This document shows positions 16,141 to 36,074 of a stretch of 64,000 bases of DNA, piece after piece. Made by a program: the position numbers and the translations under genes. Location of the stretch: NCBI RefSeq assembly GCF_009914755.1, contig NC_060941.1; one strand, written 5' to 3'. The first letter of the stretch is position 1. Every line of letters starts with the position of its first letter. The DNA is from the human T2T-CHM13v2.0 reference genome, Homo sapiens. Below the pieces are notes generated by a model. The model was given only the letters and a program-made list of their open reading frames with translations, searched no databases and was not told where the DNA came from.

Positions 16141-16428
16141 GGCTGGGCGCGGTGGCTCATGCCTGTAATCCTAGCACTTTGGGAGGCCGAGGCGGGTGGA
16201 TTGCCTGAGGTCAGGAGTTCAAGACTAGCCTGGCCAACATGGCGAAACCCCATCTCTACTAAAAATACAAAAATTAGCCGGATGTAGTGGCAGGCGCCTA
16301 TAATCTCAGCTACTTGGAAGGCTGAGGCAGGAAAATCACTTGAACCCGGGGGGGTGGAGGTTGCAGTGACCCGAGATCGTGCCACTTCACTCCAGCCTGA
16401 GTGAAAGAGCAAAACTCCATCTCAAAAA

Positions 16429-16459
<31 letters not shown>

Positions 16460-16463
16460 AATA
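16141..16463 (+). mobile_element. AluS with (TAAA)n tail
   Basis: Alu consensus. Confidence 0.93.
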
Positions 16464-17151
16464 ATTTTTAAAAGTAAATGCAAGTTATATCCAGCCTTTA
16501 ATTAAAATAGCAATATACTGTGACAAAGTAGGGTTTGTTCAAGGAATGCCAACATCCTGGATGAGCCCAAAGGAATGCAGACTGGACTGGTCGCCCACAA
16601 GAATCCACTGTGAACATTGACCTGGTTAAAAGTCAGGGGCCTGCACGGAGGTGTTTATGGGTGGGCCCTGGGGTGTGAGATGGGGAGTGACCTCTAGTGG
16701 AAATTCCAGCATGTCACCATAGGAGATGGGTAGAGTCTGACTGATGCGTCCCCATTGCAAAATTTAGATTGGATGTTTGGGGAGGAGCTGAAGGAGATAG
16801 GGCCAACCTGCACCCACATCTCTCCCAAGCCAGTCCCTTGCTGTTGCTACCAATGGGAGTGTGATCTCTATCCCAGGTCCCCCTCACAGGTTGAACTTTA
16901 TGGAGAAAAAGCTTCAGGAAGAAGCAAAAAGACCTTTTCATTAAGGGCCGAGAAACCAAGTGAAAGGGGCAAGAACATGCCATGGCTCTGGCCCCTGTAG
17001 GCCTGTGGAAAAGCATTGCTTTGAAATCACTAAGCCTTGTACCTTGGGGAACACAAGGAGACTGACCCCAGCACAGTCACCACTGTAAGACAGACCTGGG
17101 GAACCACAGGGATAACTGAGGAGGCTTTGAAGGAAGCTGGAGGACCTGGAG

Positions 17152-17903
17152 CAGGGATCAGAAATTCAAACACCCCCAAGGGCCAGGCAGGTCAAACTCA
17201 GCGATAGAAGGGGTGAGATGGTGTTCACTTAATATATTCTGACATTCCATAACAGCATTGTTTATACTCTGTGCCTTCTGAAATAAACCCTGTTAAAAGG
17301 TCAGTCCTTTTCTCCCCCCAGTGCAACAAGGTCCTCTTTCCCAACACAGCTTTTCCATAGTCTTAGATTTTATTTCTGGTAGCCCCTTATGTCTTATTCT
17401 TTCAGCAGACACATTTTGCATATTAAACATATAGCAATATTCTTTACTTCTACCTAGAAATATGCTTTCCCCCTTTTCTCTTAGAAGCACCTGGCCCTCT
17501 TGGCCTCTTTCATTTTTTTCTACATTTACTGGACATGATTACAAACAATATTTCATTATTTTTAAAAATTGCACAAATGCAAAAATTGGCAACTGAACCT
17601 TGACTCTGATGTGTGGGAAACAATAGGGTATGGTGACAATACGGTATGATGGGATGCTAATGAGGTAAATGAAGAGACCACTAAAAGGAGCCCCTGGGGC
17701 TCAGCTCCAACCCACGGTGGCCATGTGGAAATGCAGGATTGGTGTGGCTAGATCTTATGATTTTAAAAGAGAAACTGGAAATTGGAATTCATAAGAGAAA
17801 TCTTCTGATTTTTAAATGTTAGCAACTAATTCAAAACAGTATTCTAAAATGTCTTACAGGCCAAACTACACATGACCTACTGGCTTTCAGTTTGTGACAT
17901 CTG
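17152..17903. mobile_element. MER103/Charlie-family hAT remnant
   Basis: cagggatcagaaattcaaa..gggccaggcagg ... gatttttaaatgttagcaactaattcaaa ... cagtttgtgacatctg. Confidence 0.6.
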
Positions 17904-18721
17904 TTTTCTATTACACAGGTGGGAGCATGCACCAGTGAAACCTGAGTTCTTTCTGTTCACATGAGGTAATCTTCCCACTGGCTGGAAGACACTTCATTTA
18001 TACAAACAGCGATTACTGTAAAAGTGTATTCATGTTGTTCATCACATGAATAGGACATGGGAGAAAAACTATATAATTATCCTGAGAAAATGCCCCCTAA
18101 TGCAAATTCTCTGTGGTTAGGAATAAAAGGAGACTTTGTCAACATGATAAATGATATCTATCTCAATCCAGCAGACAATGTGATAGCTAATGATGACTTG
18201 GAATGAAGGGACAGATACGGTCCTTAATAACAGAAGAATTCCTATAAAACAAGGGTGCCCACAACTTGAATAGTTTCAACAATATTGTGAAATTCAAAGC
18301 AAAAAGATAAGAGAGTCAGAAATTTGGGAAGCAAAAGTCAAGTTCATCATTATTTGTAAGTGATATGATTGTCTACCTGAGAAACCTTAGATAAGGGACT
18401 GAGAAATGTCTAGAACTAATAAGAGAGTTCAACAAAGTAGCTGGAGACACAAAAAGATGAAATTCAATAATTTTCTACATACCACCAATGACCAGATAGA
18501 AAATGAGCTCATTCATCCCAGTAAATAGTGCTGAGACAACTGAATATCCATATGCAAAATTGTAAAATTGGGTCCCTAGGACATAGCACATACAAAAATT
18601 AACTCAAAAATGCATCAAAGACCTAAAGCTCACAGCTGAAACTATAAAACTCATAGAAGAAAACATAAGTGTAAATCTTCATGTCCTTGGATTAGTAAAT
18701 AGTTTCTTAGATATGACATCA

Positions 18722-19213
<492 letters not shown>

Positions 19214-19793
19214 CTACTATAACTCAATGATAAAAAGGCAAATACCTAATTAAAAAATGAGCAAAGGATCTGAATTGACACTTCTCCAAACAAAATATAG
19301 AAATAGCCAACAAGCATGTGCAAAAATGCTCAACATCATCAGAGAAATGCGAGTCAAAACCACCATGAAATACCATACACTATCAAAAAAAAAAAAAAAA
19401 CAGATAATAACAAGTGTTGACAAGGATGTTGGGAATTTGGAACTCTCATACCTATTTCCTTGTGGGAATGTAAAATGGCACAATCACTTTGGACAATACT
19501 CTGTCAATTTCTTGAAAAGGTTAAACATACTGTTACCATATGACCCAGCAATTCTCTTAGGTATATACCCAAGATAAATGAGAACATATGTCCACACAAA
19601 AACTTGTACATGAATGTTTATAGCAGCATTATTCATAACAGCCCAAAACTGAAAAAACACACATGTCCTTCAACTGATTAATGGATAAATACAATGTATA
19701 TCCATGCAATGGGATATTACTTGGTTGTAAAGAGAAATGAAGTACTGATACATACAGCAATGTGAATGAACCTTAAAAATAGTATGCTAAGTG

Positions 19794-20130
<337 letters not shown>

Positions 20131-20160
20131 TTATATGATTTTATTTATATGAAATGTTCA

Positions 20161-20597
<437 letters not shown>

Positions 20598-21267
20598 TTA
20601 TGTGGGGGAAATAAAATATTCAAAAGTTGACTGTGATGATGGTTGCATGACTAAACATACTAAAATCCATTGAACTGTGCACTTTAAATGGGTGAATTAC
20701 AGGGTATGTGAATTATATCTCAATAACATTGTTATTAAAAATTTATCAATTGTACTATGGGACACAAAAGAAGTCTTGCATAAATGGTAAGATATCTCAT
20801 ATATCTGGATTGGAAAATATAATCATATTGTAAAAGATGTCCATTTTCCCCCAGTTGAGTTTAAAAATGTAATATAGTTTCAACCAAAGCCAAATAAGGC
20901 TTTTAGGGGGGTTGGGGGTAAGGAAGGAGATTGACAAAATGATTTTATATTTCATCATAAAAAATAATTGTGTGAATTTAACCAAGAAACTTTTTCAAAG
21001 GTTGAGTGATGAGGGAGGACTTTCCATCTGAGATATGGAGATGTTCTGTAAAGCCACAGAGTTACAGGGTTGTGGTGCTGATGGAGGAAGTGTAACAGAT
21101 CAATGGGACTAAATTGATCTGTCAGAAACAAACACAAATATCTGAATGAATTTAACATAGATTAAAGAAGATAGGATCAATTACTCAATAATGGGTTAGG
21201 ACAACTGACCATTAGGGGCAACTAACTAATCATTGGGGAAAAAATAAGTGTGTTTTCTACTTCAAAT

Positions 21268-21354
21268 CTTTTTTTTTTTCTTTTTTTTTTTGAGATGGAG
21301 TCTCGCTCTGTTGCTCAGGCTGAAGTGCAATGGCGCGATCTCAGCTCACTGCAA
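21268..21354 (-). mobile_element. Alu 3' fragment
   Basis: polyT plus gagatggagtctcgctctg. Confidence 0.85.
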
Positions 21355-21610
21355 TGGTAAAAAAATTTTAAAAAGTTAAATGCAAAACCAAACTGAAAAC
21401 CAAGAAAATGAAATTCCCCTAATGAGCAAACATACAAAAACAAAACAAAAAAAACAAGCTAATACACACACATACACATATACTACAAAAAAACAGAAAG
21501 AAAGGAGGAAAAAAGAAACAGAAAAAGTGGGGCAAATAGAAATGAAGCCAAAAGTCTGGGAACTAGCCAAAATATATCAATAATCATAATGAAATAAAGT
21601 GACCCATTAA

Positions 21611-22000
<390 letters not shown>

Positions 22001-22345
22001 AGTTGCAGTTTCTAAGAGGTATTTCTAAGGTATGAAGACACAAAAGTGCTGAAAGCCAAAGGATGGCAAAAGAAATACCAAGCGAAAACTAACTAAAATA
22101 AAGGTGGTTAGCTGTGTCAATTTCAGATTAAAATAGACAAGTATTATTAGAAGTAGAGATATGATATAGTGATACAGTTTTAACTCATCAACAGATAAAA
22201 CAAATTTAAACTTATACAAAACTAATTTTAAAAATCTAAATATTACATAAAGCAAGAATTAATAGAACCACATGGAGAAATTGAGAAATTAATCATCATT
22301 GTGAGGTTTTGACAAGCCTCTGTGAAATATTAATGCCTCAAAAGA

Positions 22346-22650
22346 GGCCAGGGGCAGTGGCTCACACCTGTAATCTCAGCACTTTGGGAGGCCAAGGTGG
22401 GTGGATCACTTGTGTCCACGAGAAAAGCCTGGCCAACATGGTGAAACCTCGTCTCTACTAACAAATACAAAAATTAGCCAGGCATGGAGGTGCATGCCTG
22501 TAATCCCAGCTACTTTGGAGGCTGAGGCACGAGAATCACTTGAATCCAGGAGGTAGAGGTTTCAGTGAGCCAAGATCAGGCCACTGTACTCCAGCCTGGG
22601 TGACACAGTGAGAATCTGTCTCAAAACAAAACAAACAAACAAACAAAAAG
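22346..22650 (+). mobile_element. AluS
   Basis: Alu consensus. Confidence 0.9.
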
Positions 22651-22984
22651 CCCTCAAAAGATAAAGTGTAGTAAAGCTATAGATTTCATCAAAAACAATT
22701 AAACTGGATTTGATAATCATATATATAACCCTACACCCAATTATTGAGAAACAGTCATATTCTTCTCAAGCCCAGCTGGAACAGTTACTGAAATAAATCA
22801 CGGGCAAGGCCACAAATCAAGTCTCAACAAATTTCAGAGAACTGATGTCATGCGGACCACATTCTCTGACCACAGTGCCATAACAAAAATAGTTTTAAAT
22901 GATAAAACTGGACACTTCTAAATTGCCTCTAGGTCAAAGAAAAATAATCACACTGGAAACATTTTAAAAATACTTAGAACTGAA

Positions 22985-23148
22985 GCTGGGCACATTGGTG
23001 CATGCCTGTAGTCCCAGCTACTCTGGAGGCTGAGGCGGGAGGATTGCTTGAGCCCAGGAGTTTAAGGCTGTAGTGCACTATATGTTGGTACCTCTGAATA
23101 GCCACTGTACTCCAGCCTGGGCAACATAGCAAGACCGTATCCCTAAAA
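22985..23148 (+). mobile_element. Alu monomer (FAM/FRAM)
   Basis: Monomer; TSD aatacttagaactgaa. Confidence 0.85.
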
Positions 23149-23324
23149 ATAAGTTAAATAAATACTTAGAACTGAATGACGATGAAAATATTACATATCA
23201 AAACTCGTGGGACACAAGTAAAAGCCATACATAGAAGGAAATTTGTGGCCTCTTAAATGCTAATCTGAGAAAAGAAGGCTGAAAATTAATAAACTGTCTA
23301 AGAAGTTAGAAAAAGGACAATAGG

Positions 23325-23622
<298 letters not shown>

Positions 23623-24382
23623 GGGCAATAGATTAGTCCCTACCTCCTAAAAAAAGGAGATAATAAAAATAAGAGCCATGATTAATGAAATAATAAATAT
23701 TTGTCAGAACCAAATGAAGCCAAAAAATGGTTATTTGACAACATAAACACATATCTGGCAAGATAGATAAGAAATAGAAAGTACAAGTAAATAATATTAG
23801 GGTCAAAAAAGAGACATAACTACAGATGCAGTAGAGATTATGAAAATAACATATAATACTGTGAATAATATTAGGCTCATAAATTTTAAAACTTAGATGA
23901 AATGGCCATTTTTTTCCTGGAAAAAAAATAACAAAACCAGCTCATTCCAATTATGTACAAACCCTTTCAGATGACTGAAGAAGAAAGAATAGTCCCCAAC
24001 TCATTTTATGAGGGCACCATAACCTTGATATCCAAACTAGATAAAGATAGAAGAAATAAAAATTACAGGCCGATTTTATTTGTGACGCTAGATACAAAGA
24101 TAGGAAACCAAAAATGATTATACATTATGACCACTTGGGTTTAACCCAGGAATGCAAGGGTAATTTGGCAGCAGAAAATTCTATGGTGTCATTCATCATA
24201 TTAACCGTGTAAGAGTCCGACAGGACGCTTAAAAGGCATTTCATAAAATTATCAGTGTTTGGGGGCGGGGGGGAAATCTCTTAGAAAACTAAGAATAGAA
24301 TTTCCCTAACCTGAAATAGAGTATTTAGTAAATGCCTATAATAAACACTTAATTTTAACAAAGAAATACTAGGAAGAATCCT

Positions 24383-24686
24383 ATTTATTCGTTTATTTAT
24401 TTATTTTGAGACAGTCTCGCTCTGTCCCCCAGGTTGGGTTGCAATGGCGAGATCTCGGCTCATTGCAACCTCACCTCCCAGGTTCAAGCGATTCTCCTGC
24501 CTCAGCTTCCCGAGTAGCTGGGATTACAGGCACGTGCCACCACGCCCGGCTAATTTTTTGCATTTTTAGTAGAGATGGGGTTTCACCATGTTAGCCAGGA
24601 TGGTCTCCATCTCCTGACTTCGTGATCGGCCCACCTCGGCCTCCCAAAGTGTAGGGATTACAGGCATGAGCCACCACGCTCGGCCG
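24383..24686 (-). mobile_element. AluS
   Basis: Alu consensus. Confidence 0.93.
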
Positions 24687-25299
24687 AAGCATCCTTTTTA
24701 ATATCAGGCATAAGCTACAACATAGATGAACCTTGTAAACTTTATTCTAAGTGAAACAAGCCAGTTGCAAATCACCCCTGTATTGTGTGATTGCATTTGT
24801 ATGAAATGTTTGGAACAGTCAAATTCATAAAGACAGAAAGTCAACTGGTGGCTGCTTAGGGATGGTTGGAAAGAAATAGTTAAGTGACTGCTAATGGGCA
24901 TGGGGTTTGTTTTTGGGGTGATGAAAATGCTGATTGGGGTGATGGTTGCACAACTCTGAATATCCTAAAAACCACTTTAAATGAGTGATTTGTTTGGGAT
25001 GTAACTTTTTTCTCAACAAAGGTATTTTTGAAAAAGCATGTGAAGAGCAGGGTGTTTCCAAGAGCAGTTAATTTTAAATAAACACATATGGATTCAAAAA
25101 AAAAAGATCAGGCACAAGACAAGGATGTGCCTTGTTACCACTTCTATTCACCATTATATCAGATACCCCAGCCAGAATATTAAGATAACAACACAATTTA
25201 AAAACATTGTAAAGGAAGAAGAAAAGGCCATTATTCAAAGAGTATATGCTTGTCTATACAGAAAACTGAAAAGAAGACACAAAGAAATTATTAAAAATA

Positions 25300-25742
<443 letters not shown>

Positions 25743-27344
25743 TTATTAGAAATAAGATTGGCAGTTAAGATAACTGGCTCTAGAATCACTGTACAAAAAA
25801 ATGGATTCCGTTGCTGTACACCAGCAACTAACAAAATACATATTTTTTTAAATTACAAGATAATTGTTGCAACATAAGCTAGGACAGTAAACATAAAACA
25901 TTTACAAGACAATATACAGAATACTGTAAAACTTCACTGAAAAACATAGAAATAATTGGCAAGTTATCCCATTTTGTGGACAAAATGTATTATAAAAATA
26001 TCAACTCTCTTCAAACTGACCTATAAGATTCAATGCAATCCTGGAGAAGCACTTCCAAAATGGCAGAGTGGAGACCCCCCAAAATTCATTCCTCCATAAA
26101 AGCAGTGAGAACACTGGCAAAAAAAATAAAAAATAAATAAAATAAAAACCTTTTTAGAACTCTGTAAATTAACCAAAAACTTGCAACAATCTCAGGAGCA
26201 TTTATTCAAGAAAAAATGCTGACTCTCAGTAAGAACAGTGAGTTCTGCAGCATTTTTAACTTCCCCTGTTCTCATCTCCCTCTCCCCAGCTCTGAGGTAG
26301 ACTTGAAAATCTTACAACCATGGTAGCTGTGCAAAGCAGCAATGTTGCAGCCACTGGAGGAGGCAGGTGGTTTTGGGGCACCCCCAAAGGTCCCATCCCA
26401 GAGAACTGTCACTATTTGACTGCGCTGGCAATTCCCTGGAAAAGCCCCATTCACAGATGTTTTTATTTGACCTGACTCAGAGCTTGCCCTACTACTGGAG
26501 TATTTGTTGAAAGCAATCAACAGCAATTGTTTAACAGTGCAGCTGCCTCTGGCAAAATCTGGGAAATGAGCTAGGGGGCTTTGGAAAGCTCTGACATAGT
26601 CCTGGAGATCTAGAAGAGTAGGCACATGTTCATGCCCGTGAAAGACCTGACAAGGCCCCAGTCTCTCACCTCAAGCTGACCTTCGGCATGTGCTCAAGCA
26701 GGAAGTGAAAGTTAAGGCAGAGATGTAAACTAACTAGGGCAATCAGAGTGTTTGTCAACACACACGCACAGTTCCCTGGCAAAGTGCAGGGAGATCAATT
26801 GGTTTGGGCATTTAAAGAACCTCTATTTAAACATTAGCTGACCACTAAGCTAAAGGAGCACAGACTTCCTTGGCCACACAAAACAAATAATACAGACTTC
26901 ATAGAATTAGTACAGGAAAGCCACTAAACAAACTAAACAGTAGCAGCAACAACAATATCAACAAACAGCAGCAACAACAAACGCTGGGAAGGGGGTGTGA
27001 ATCTGATTTCCAAATGTAAAATGTCCTGTTTTCAACTACAAATTATGAGGCACTCAAAGAAACAGTATATCCCACACACAGGAAATAAAAGTCAATAGAA
27101 ATTGTCTCAGAGGAAGCCAGATGTTGGACATACTAAATAAAGACTAAATCAGTCTTTATAAACACGTTAAAAGAAAAACATGTCTCATAGCAAAGTATAA
27201 GAATGAAGTCTCACCAAATCTGATGCGACCAACCCCAAGAAAAAATCCCAACAAAGTTGTAAGTGGAATTTGCTCAGGTGTTTCAGTACTGTATATGGAA
27301 GAGCAAGGGACTGAGAATATACAAGATACTCCTAGGAAGAAGTG

Positions 27345-27482
27345 TGGCCAGGCACAGTGGCTCACGCCTGTAGTCCCAGCTACTCGGAAGGCTGAGGTAG
27401 GAGGTTGAGGCTGCAGTGAGCCAAGATTGCACCACTGAACTCCAGCCTGGGCAACAGAGTGAGACCCTGTCTCAAAAAAAAG
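27345..27482 (+). mobile_element. Internally deleted Alu
   Basis: Left-arm start joined to right-arm end. Confidence 0.85.
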
Positions 27483-28142
27483 GAAGTGGGTGGGCAGAGG
27501 TGGTGGTGTGGTTTTTCCTTATGAAGGATCAAAATGCGTCCTAAAGCTATGACTGGGTGGTACTGGTGCAGGTATAGGCAGGTCAGTGGAAATAGATCTG
27601 CACATATGTGGAAGTATGATTTAAGACCTAGATGGCATTACAGGTCAGAGGAGAAAGGGGGAGCCCTTTCAATACATGTTGCTGGCATAGTTGATAATTC
27701 ATATACAAAAATAAAATAGAATCCTTTCTATCTTGTACATAACACAAAATTAGTTCCATATGAATTACACTTTATCAGCTAACGGAAATTTTCTAGTTTG
27801 ATGAATTTTTATTCTGAACAAGTGTTGAATTTTATCCAGTGCTTTTTCTGCATCTATTGAGATGATCATATGTCTTTTTATCCTTTGTATTGTTTTATGG
27901 TGAATTTCATTGGTTGATCTTTTAATATTAAACCAATTTTCCAATCCTAGAAAATACTCCACTTTGTCATATGCATTATCTTACTTGTACACTGTGGGTT
28001 GAATTTGTTAATATTTTGTTTAGAACTTTGCATCTATATTCATGACAGAATTTGTCCTGTTATTCTCTCTTTCTGTAACGTCTTTGTCAGGTTCTAGTAT
28101 CCAGTTATACTAGCCTCACAAAAAGACTTAGAATGTGTTTCC

Positions 28143-28260
28143 AGCTGGGCATAGTGGCTCACACCTGTAATCCCAGCACTTTGGGAGGCCAAGGTGGGAG
28201 TATGGTTTGAGCCCAGGAGTTCAAGACCAGCCTGGCCAACATAGCAAGAGCCTATCTCCA
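28143..28260 (+). mobile_element. FLAM/Alu left arm
   Basis: Alu consensus. Confidence 0.85.
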
Positions 28261-28777
28261 TTATTATTATTATTTTTTAAAGTGTTTCCTCTTCCTCTAT
28301 GCTATTAAAGAGTTTATGTAATATTAGTACTGTTTCTTCCTTAGATGTTTGAAATAATTTATCTGTAACATCATCTGGGCCTAGAGTTTTCTTTGTAGGA
28401 TTAAAAATTTTTTTACAGCTTTATCGAGATATAATTGATATACAATAAAGTGCACATATGTAAACAGTGCAATTTGAGAACTTTGGCCATACATATAGAC
28501 CCATGAAAATACATCTCCACAATCAAGATAATGAACGTCCTTTACTCCCAGAAGGTTTCTTGTGGCCCTTTCTAGTCCCTTCCTCCCATCCATCCACTGC
28601 CTCTAGGCAACCACTGACCTGCTTTCTGTTACTATAGATTAGTTTTCATTTTCTAGAATTTTAGAATTTTAAATAAATGGAATCATATAGTATGTACTCT
28701 TCTTTGTCTAGATGCCTTCATTCATCTTAATTGTTTTGAGATTCACCATGCTGTTGAATGTGTCAAAAGTCCATCCT

Positions 28778-29080
28778 GGCTGGGTGTGGCGGACCAAGCC
28801 TGTAATCCCAACAGTTTGGGAGTCTGAGGCAGGAGGATGGCTTTAGCCCAGGAGTTCAAGACCAACCTAGGCAACATAGTAAGACCTTGCCTCTACAAAA
28901 AAAAATTAAAAATTAGCTGGGTGTGGTGGTGTGCACCTATAGTCCCAGCTACTCAGGAGGCTGAGGCAGGAGGATCACTTGAGCCAGCTGAGGAGGTGGA
29001 GGCTGCAGTGAGCCATGATCACCCCACTGCACTCCAGCCTAGGCAACAGGGCGAGACCCTCTCCAAAATAAAATAAAATA
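28778..29080 (+). mobile_element. AluJ
   Basis: Alu consensus. Confidence 0.9.
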
Positions 29081-29763
29081 ACTCCATCCTTTTTATTGCT
29101 AAATAATATTTTGTTGTATAGATTTACCCTAATTTATCTATTTACCTTTGATGGACATTTAGTTGTTTTTTTTTTCAGTTTTTGTCTATTACAAATAAAT
29201 CTGCTATGAATATTCATATATAAGTCTTGGCATGAACACATGCTTTCATCTTCCTTTGGCGAATATCTACAAGAAAAATGGCTGATTATGTGGTAGATGT
29301 ATGTTTAACACTTTAAGAAACTGCCAAACTGTTTTCCAAGCCAGTTGTATTGTTTTACATTCTTACCAATAGGTCTGGGTTCCAAGTGTTCCACCTTCTC
29401 ACTAACATTTGCTATTGGTACTTAATGTGGATTTACTTTGCATTTCCCCAGTGACTAATGGTACCGAACATCTTTTCATGTGCTTATTTGCCATTGTAGA
29501 TACTCTTTGGTGAAATGTCTGTCCAAATATGTTTCGGATTTGAGAAAGTCAGAAAAATCTGACTTTGCTGATTTTTCATTCCCCTATTAGAAACCTCTCC
29601 CTATGGCAATCCTGACCCTAACTTTGTGCTTAGATTCAGCAAATGTCCTTTGGACCAAAGAGGCTGTTGATCTTGGCTCACCTAAGCAACATTCTTCCTT
29701 TTTTTAGTTAATCTAATTTTATTTGCTTTCCCAGATCATTGATGCATTTAAAAATATGATTAT

Positions 29764-30135
29764 TGATATGGTTTGGCTGTGTCCCCACCAAAATCTCATC
29801 TTGAATTGTAGCTCCCATAATTCTCATGTGTTGTGGGAGGGACCCAGTTGGAGATAATGAATCATGGGGGCAGGTCTTTCTCATGCTGCTCTTATGATAG
29901 TGAATAAGTCTCATGAGATCTGATGGTTTTATAAAGGGGAGTTTCCCTGCACAAATTCTCTTTTCTTGCCTGCCACTATCCATGTAAGATGTGACTTTGC
30001 TCCTCCTTTGCCTCCTGCCATGATTGTGAGGCCTCCTCAGCCATGTGGAACTGTGAGTCCATTAAACCTCTTTCCTTTATAAATTACCCAGTCTCAGTTA
30101 TGTCTTTATTAGCAGTGTGAGAACAGACTAATACA
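29764..30135 (+). mobile_element. THE1-family solo LTR (MaLR), complete with 5-bp TSD ATTAT
   Basis: TGATATGGTTTGGCTGTGTCCCC...GACTAATACA; ATTAT at 29759-29763 and 30136-30140. Confidence 0.92.
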
Positions 30136-30291
30136 ATTATTATAATTTATCTAGTGTTTCAAGCTGTTACAACAGAAACTTATCACTAGTTTCTTGCATT
30201 CTACTTTAAAGCAGAAGTTCCTCAGATGGATTAAATACTTAAATGTGAAAAACAAAACTTTAAAACATTGAAAAGAAAATACAGATGAAAA

Positions 30292-30954
<663 letters not shown>

Positions 30955-31350
30955 TTAACACCCCAAATAGATAAGATACTCTTATAAATCAATAAGTTAA
31001 AGAAAACATCTGAGTAGAAAATAGGCAAAAGACATAAACTTGCATTTCACAGAAAAAAAATTCATAGCCAATCAACTTATAAAAAGATGCACAATCTCAT
31101 TAGTAATCTACAAGTTGAAACCACAGAAGTTCAGAGAGTGGCAGTCTCTTGGAAAGGGGTAGCATTATGATCAGGGAGAAGTCCATGGCAGGCTTGTTGG
31201 GAGAGGGAGTGGCATTTTATTTCCTGGTGGTCATTCCAAATTTTATAATTATTTATTAAACCATACATGCATGCTATGTGCCCTTTCTAAATGTATTTGC
31301 AGTCTACAGTAAAAAGAATTTTTAATGTTCTTTAAAAGTAGGCATCTTTT

Positions 31351-31654
31351 GGCCAGACGCGGTGGCTCACGCCTGTAATCCCAGCACTTTGGGAAGCTGA
31401 GGCAGGCGGATCATGAGGTCAGGAGATGGAGACCAGCCTGGCTGACACGGTGAAGCCCCGTCTCCACTAAAAATACAAAAAATTAGCTGGGCATGGTGGC
31501 ACGAGCCTATAGTTCCAGCTACTGGGGAGGCTGAGGCAGGAGAATCGCTTGAACCCAGGAGACTGAAGTTGCGGTGAGCCAAGATTTCACCACTGCACTC
31601 CAGCCTGGGTGACAGAGCGAGACTCCATCTCAAAAAAAAAAAAAAAAAAAAAAA
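31351..31654 (+). mobile_element. AluS
   Basis: TSD taggcatctttt. Confidence 0.93.
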
Positions 31655-32049
31655 CTAGGCATCTTTTTTCTTTATATCAACATACACAATGTTATACGCC
31701 TCTTTGACCTAGAAACCATTTTGTTTCCTGAAGGTGATACTGCCTAGTTCTAGTAGACTCCACCCTGGCTCACCATAGTATTTTACCATTTTTTTCAAAA
31801 GGCAAACTCACTGACAACATTTGTTGCCCGTTGGGAGAAGTCCCGCTGCCTCCCCAGTGCACCAACATCAGCAGGATTTAGGGGTTCTGAATAAGGATGC
31901 CTCTCAATTCAAACCACTGGGTCAACAGATAATCAGTCTAAGGTAAAACATTGTCGTTGTCACCCATCCCCAGCCCAACTTTCCTTGGTTCTGGGCTGTT
32001 CTGAATCCCACAACTGCAGAGCCTGCCTTGGTGGCAGAAGAAGATTTGA

Positions 32050-32859
<810 letters not shown>

Positions 32860-32878
32860 AGGTGTAAATGGACACCGA

Positions 32879-32897
32879 CTGCCACTAGGGGGTGCTG
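32879..32897 (+). promoter_or_regulatory. CTCF motif (forward)
   Basis: CTGCCACTAGGGGGTGCTG closely matches the core CCASYAGRKGGCRC. Confidence 0.65.
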
Positions 32898-33687
32898 GTA
32901 TTTTAGGAAGAGGGGTTTGCTCCTCCAGAGGAGAGAGGGTGAACTCCTTGAGTCTCTTTGCCCTTTTCTCTGGCGGGCTTCAGAACTCACAGCCCTGGAA
33001 CATCTCCTCCTGGCCTCCCAGCCACCTCCAAACCCTCACAAGCACATCCTGTTGACAGTGGAGGTGCAACTCTTGGTGTGACCATCTATAACTCATGCAG
33101 AGGCCTCCTCAGTGAATCCTCTGACCACCAGCACTCAGAGGGGTGTACGGCCCAGTGGGTACCACTCACAGCACCTGAGCCTAGGTCCTTGCAGTAACCA
33201 CAGTCCTGACTCTAGGCCATCGGGGCCAGCAAGAACCCACAAGACACTGCAGGCTCTGGTTCTGAGCAGACTCCTCAGGCCCTGCCCGGCTTCCTTCTGT
33301 GGTTGGTGGGCAGCCAGGCAGGTCCTGATGAAACCTGAGGAGGGCCACCAGCCTTTCTCCCCTCCATAATTGGGGGCCCAGCAGAATTGGATAATGGTCT
33401 GCAAGTTACCTGAATCTTGGGCTGAGACACCGTGGTAGTCAGAGCTGCTGAGCGTTCACAGATGTCTTGCCTGATTCCTCTCAGGATGAGAGTGGAAATA
33501 ACTTTCTTTCTGGGCAGAGTTTGATGATATTGCTACATCATCCTCTGTAGGCAAAACAGCAAGAGTCTGCTATTCCCACCTTGTGCTTGCACTGGTAGGA
33601 GAGCCAGCTTTGAAACCACTCGAGGGGCAGTGTGACAGAGTGACAAAGGAGACTCCAGACAACTTGAATCAGAAAACCCACCCCTGA

Positions 33688-34620
<933 letters not shown>

Positions 34621-34738
34621 AATAATTGGTATGAAATTGATAAAATGAATAAAATTCTTTCTCTCCTTGCCTCCACTTACCCAAACACCAACTCCACTTT
34701 CTTTCTCCCATCATGACTCTGTTTGCTCCTACAAATCA

Positions 34739-34984
<246 letters not shown>

Positions 34985-35167
34985 TTATTCCTTTTCACCC
35001 CAAACTTGTCCCTGTCCCTCCCTCATGACCTTCCTGGGAAGCATAGTAAAACATGCATCAGGGCAAGAGCCTGGAGACCTGGGGTTTAATTCCACTTCTG
35101 GGCTTCCCCTCCCTGAGCCTCAGCTAAACATCCAAGGATCCCTTTGTTTTAAAATATAGGTTGTGTT

Positions 35168-35469
<302 letters not shown>

Positions 35470-35972
35470 TGTAGGTTGTCTTATTATTCAGGTAATGCCG
35501 AGGACAGCAGATCAGGAGACAACTACCATTGAAAAAAGAGTTTGCTACTCACAGTTCCGGAGTGGAAGGGACATGCCATGCCACACAGGGCCACACGGGG
35601 GAGCCCAGGGTTGGGCAAGAGGCAGAAGGAACAAGAGGAAATCAGGGCAGGGGCCTTAACTATGGTTTCGGAGGGAAAGGCAGGCAAGGCAAGGTTTAGG
35701 ATTGGCAAGTGTGAGTAATTTTGGCGGGCTCCAAGGTATAGGGGATTTCTCTAGTTGTCTGACACTTGGCCCTGGGGTGACTAGGACAAGTCGTGAGAGT
35801 TTGGGTGTGGGCTCTGGATTGGTTGGTTTGCATATCAAAGGTGTGCTCACAGCGTAGTCTTTGCCATCTCTAGGGATTAACTAACCCTGGAAGGGACAGT
35901 CCCTCCAGGATCAGCAAACCCCAGACCCCAAAGCATCAAGAATACAGAAAACAAGAAGACGTAGTTAATATA
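35470..35972 (-). mobile_element. ERV LTR (MER77/MER21-group-like)
   Basis: agatcaggagacaactaccattgaaaa..gtttgctactcacagttcc..catgccatgccacacagggccacacgggg. Confidence 0.6.
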
Positions 35973-36074
35973 CCCTTCTACTATGAATGTGGTTTCATCA
36001 GCCACTTTATACATGTCCAACAATACATATTGCTGCTATGACATCATGACTTTTTATCTTCACAGGGGATTCTG

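Larger units (their letters stand above)
27780..29530 (-). mobile_element. Antisense old L1 fragments (ORF2 and 3' end) with Alus
   Basis: ORF 27765-27962(-) contains HMIISIDAEKALDKIQH, an L1 RT motif. Confidence 0.8.
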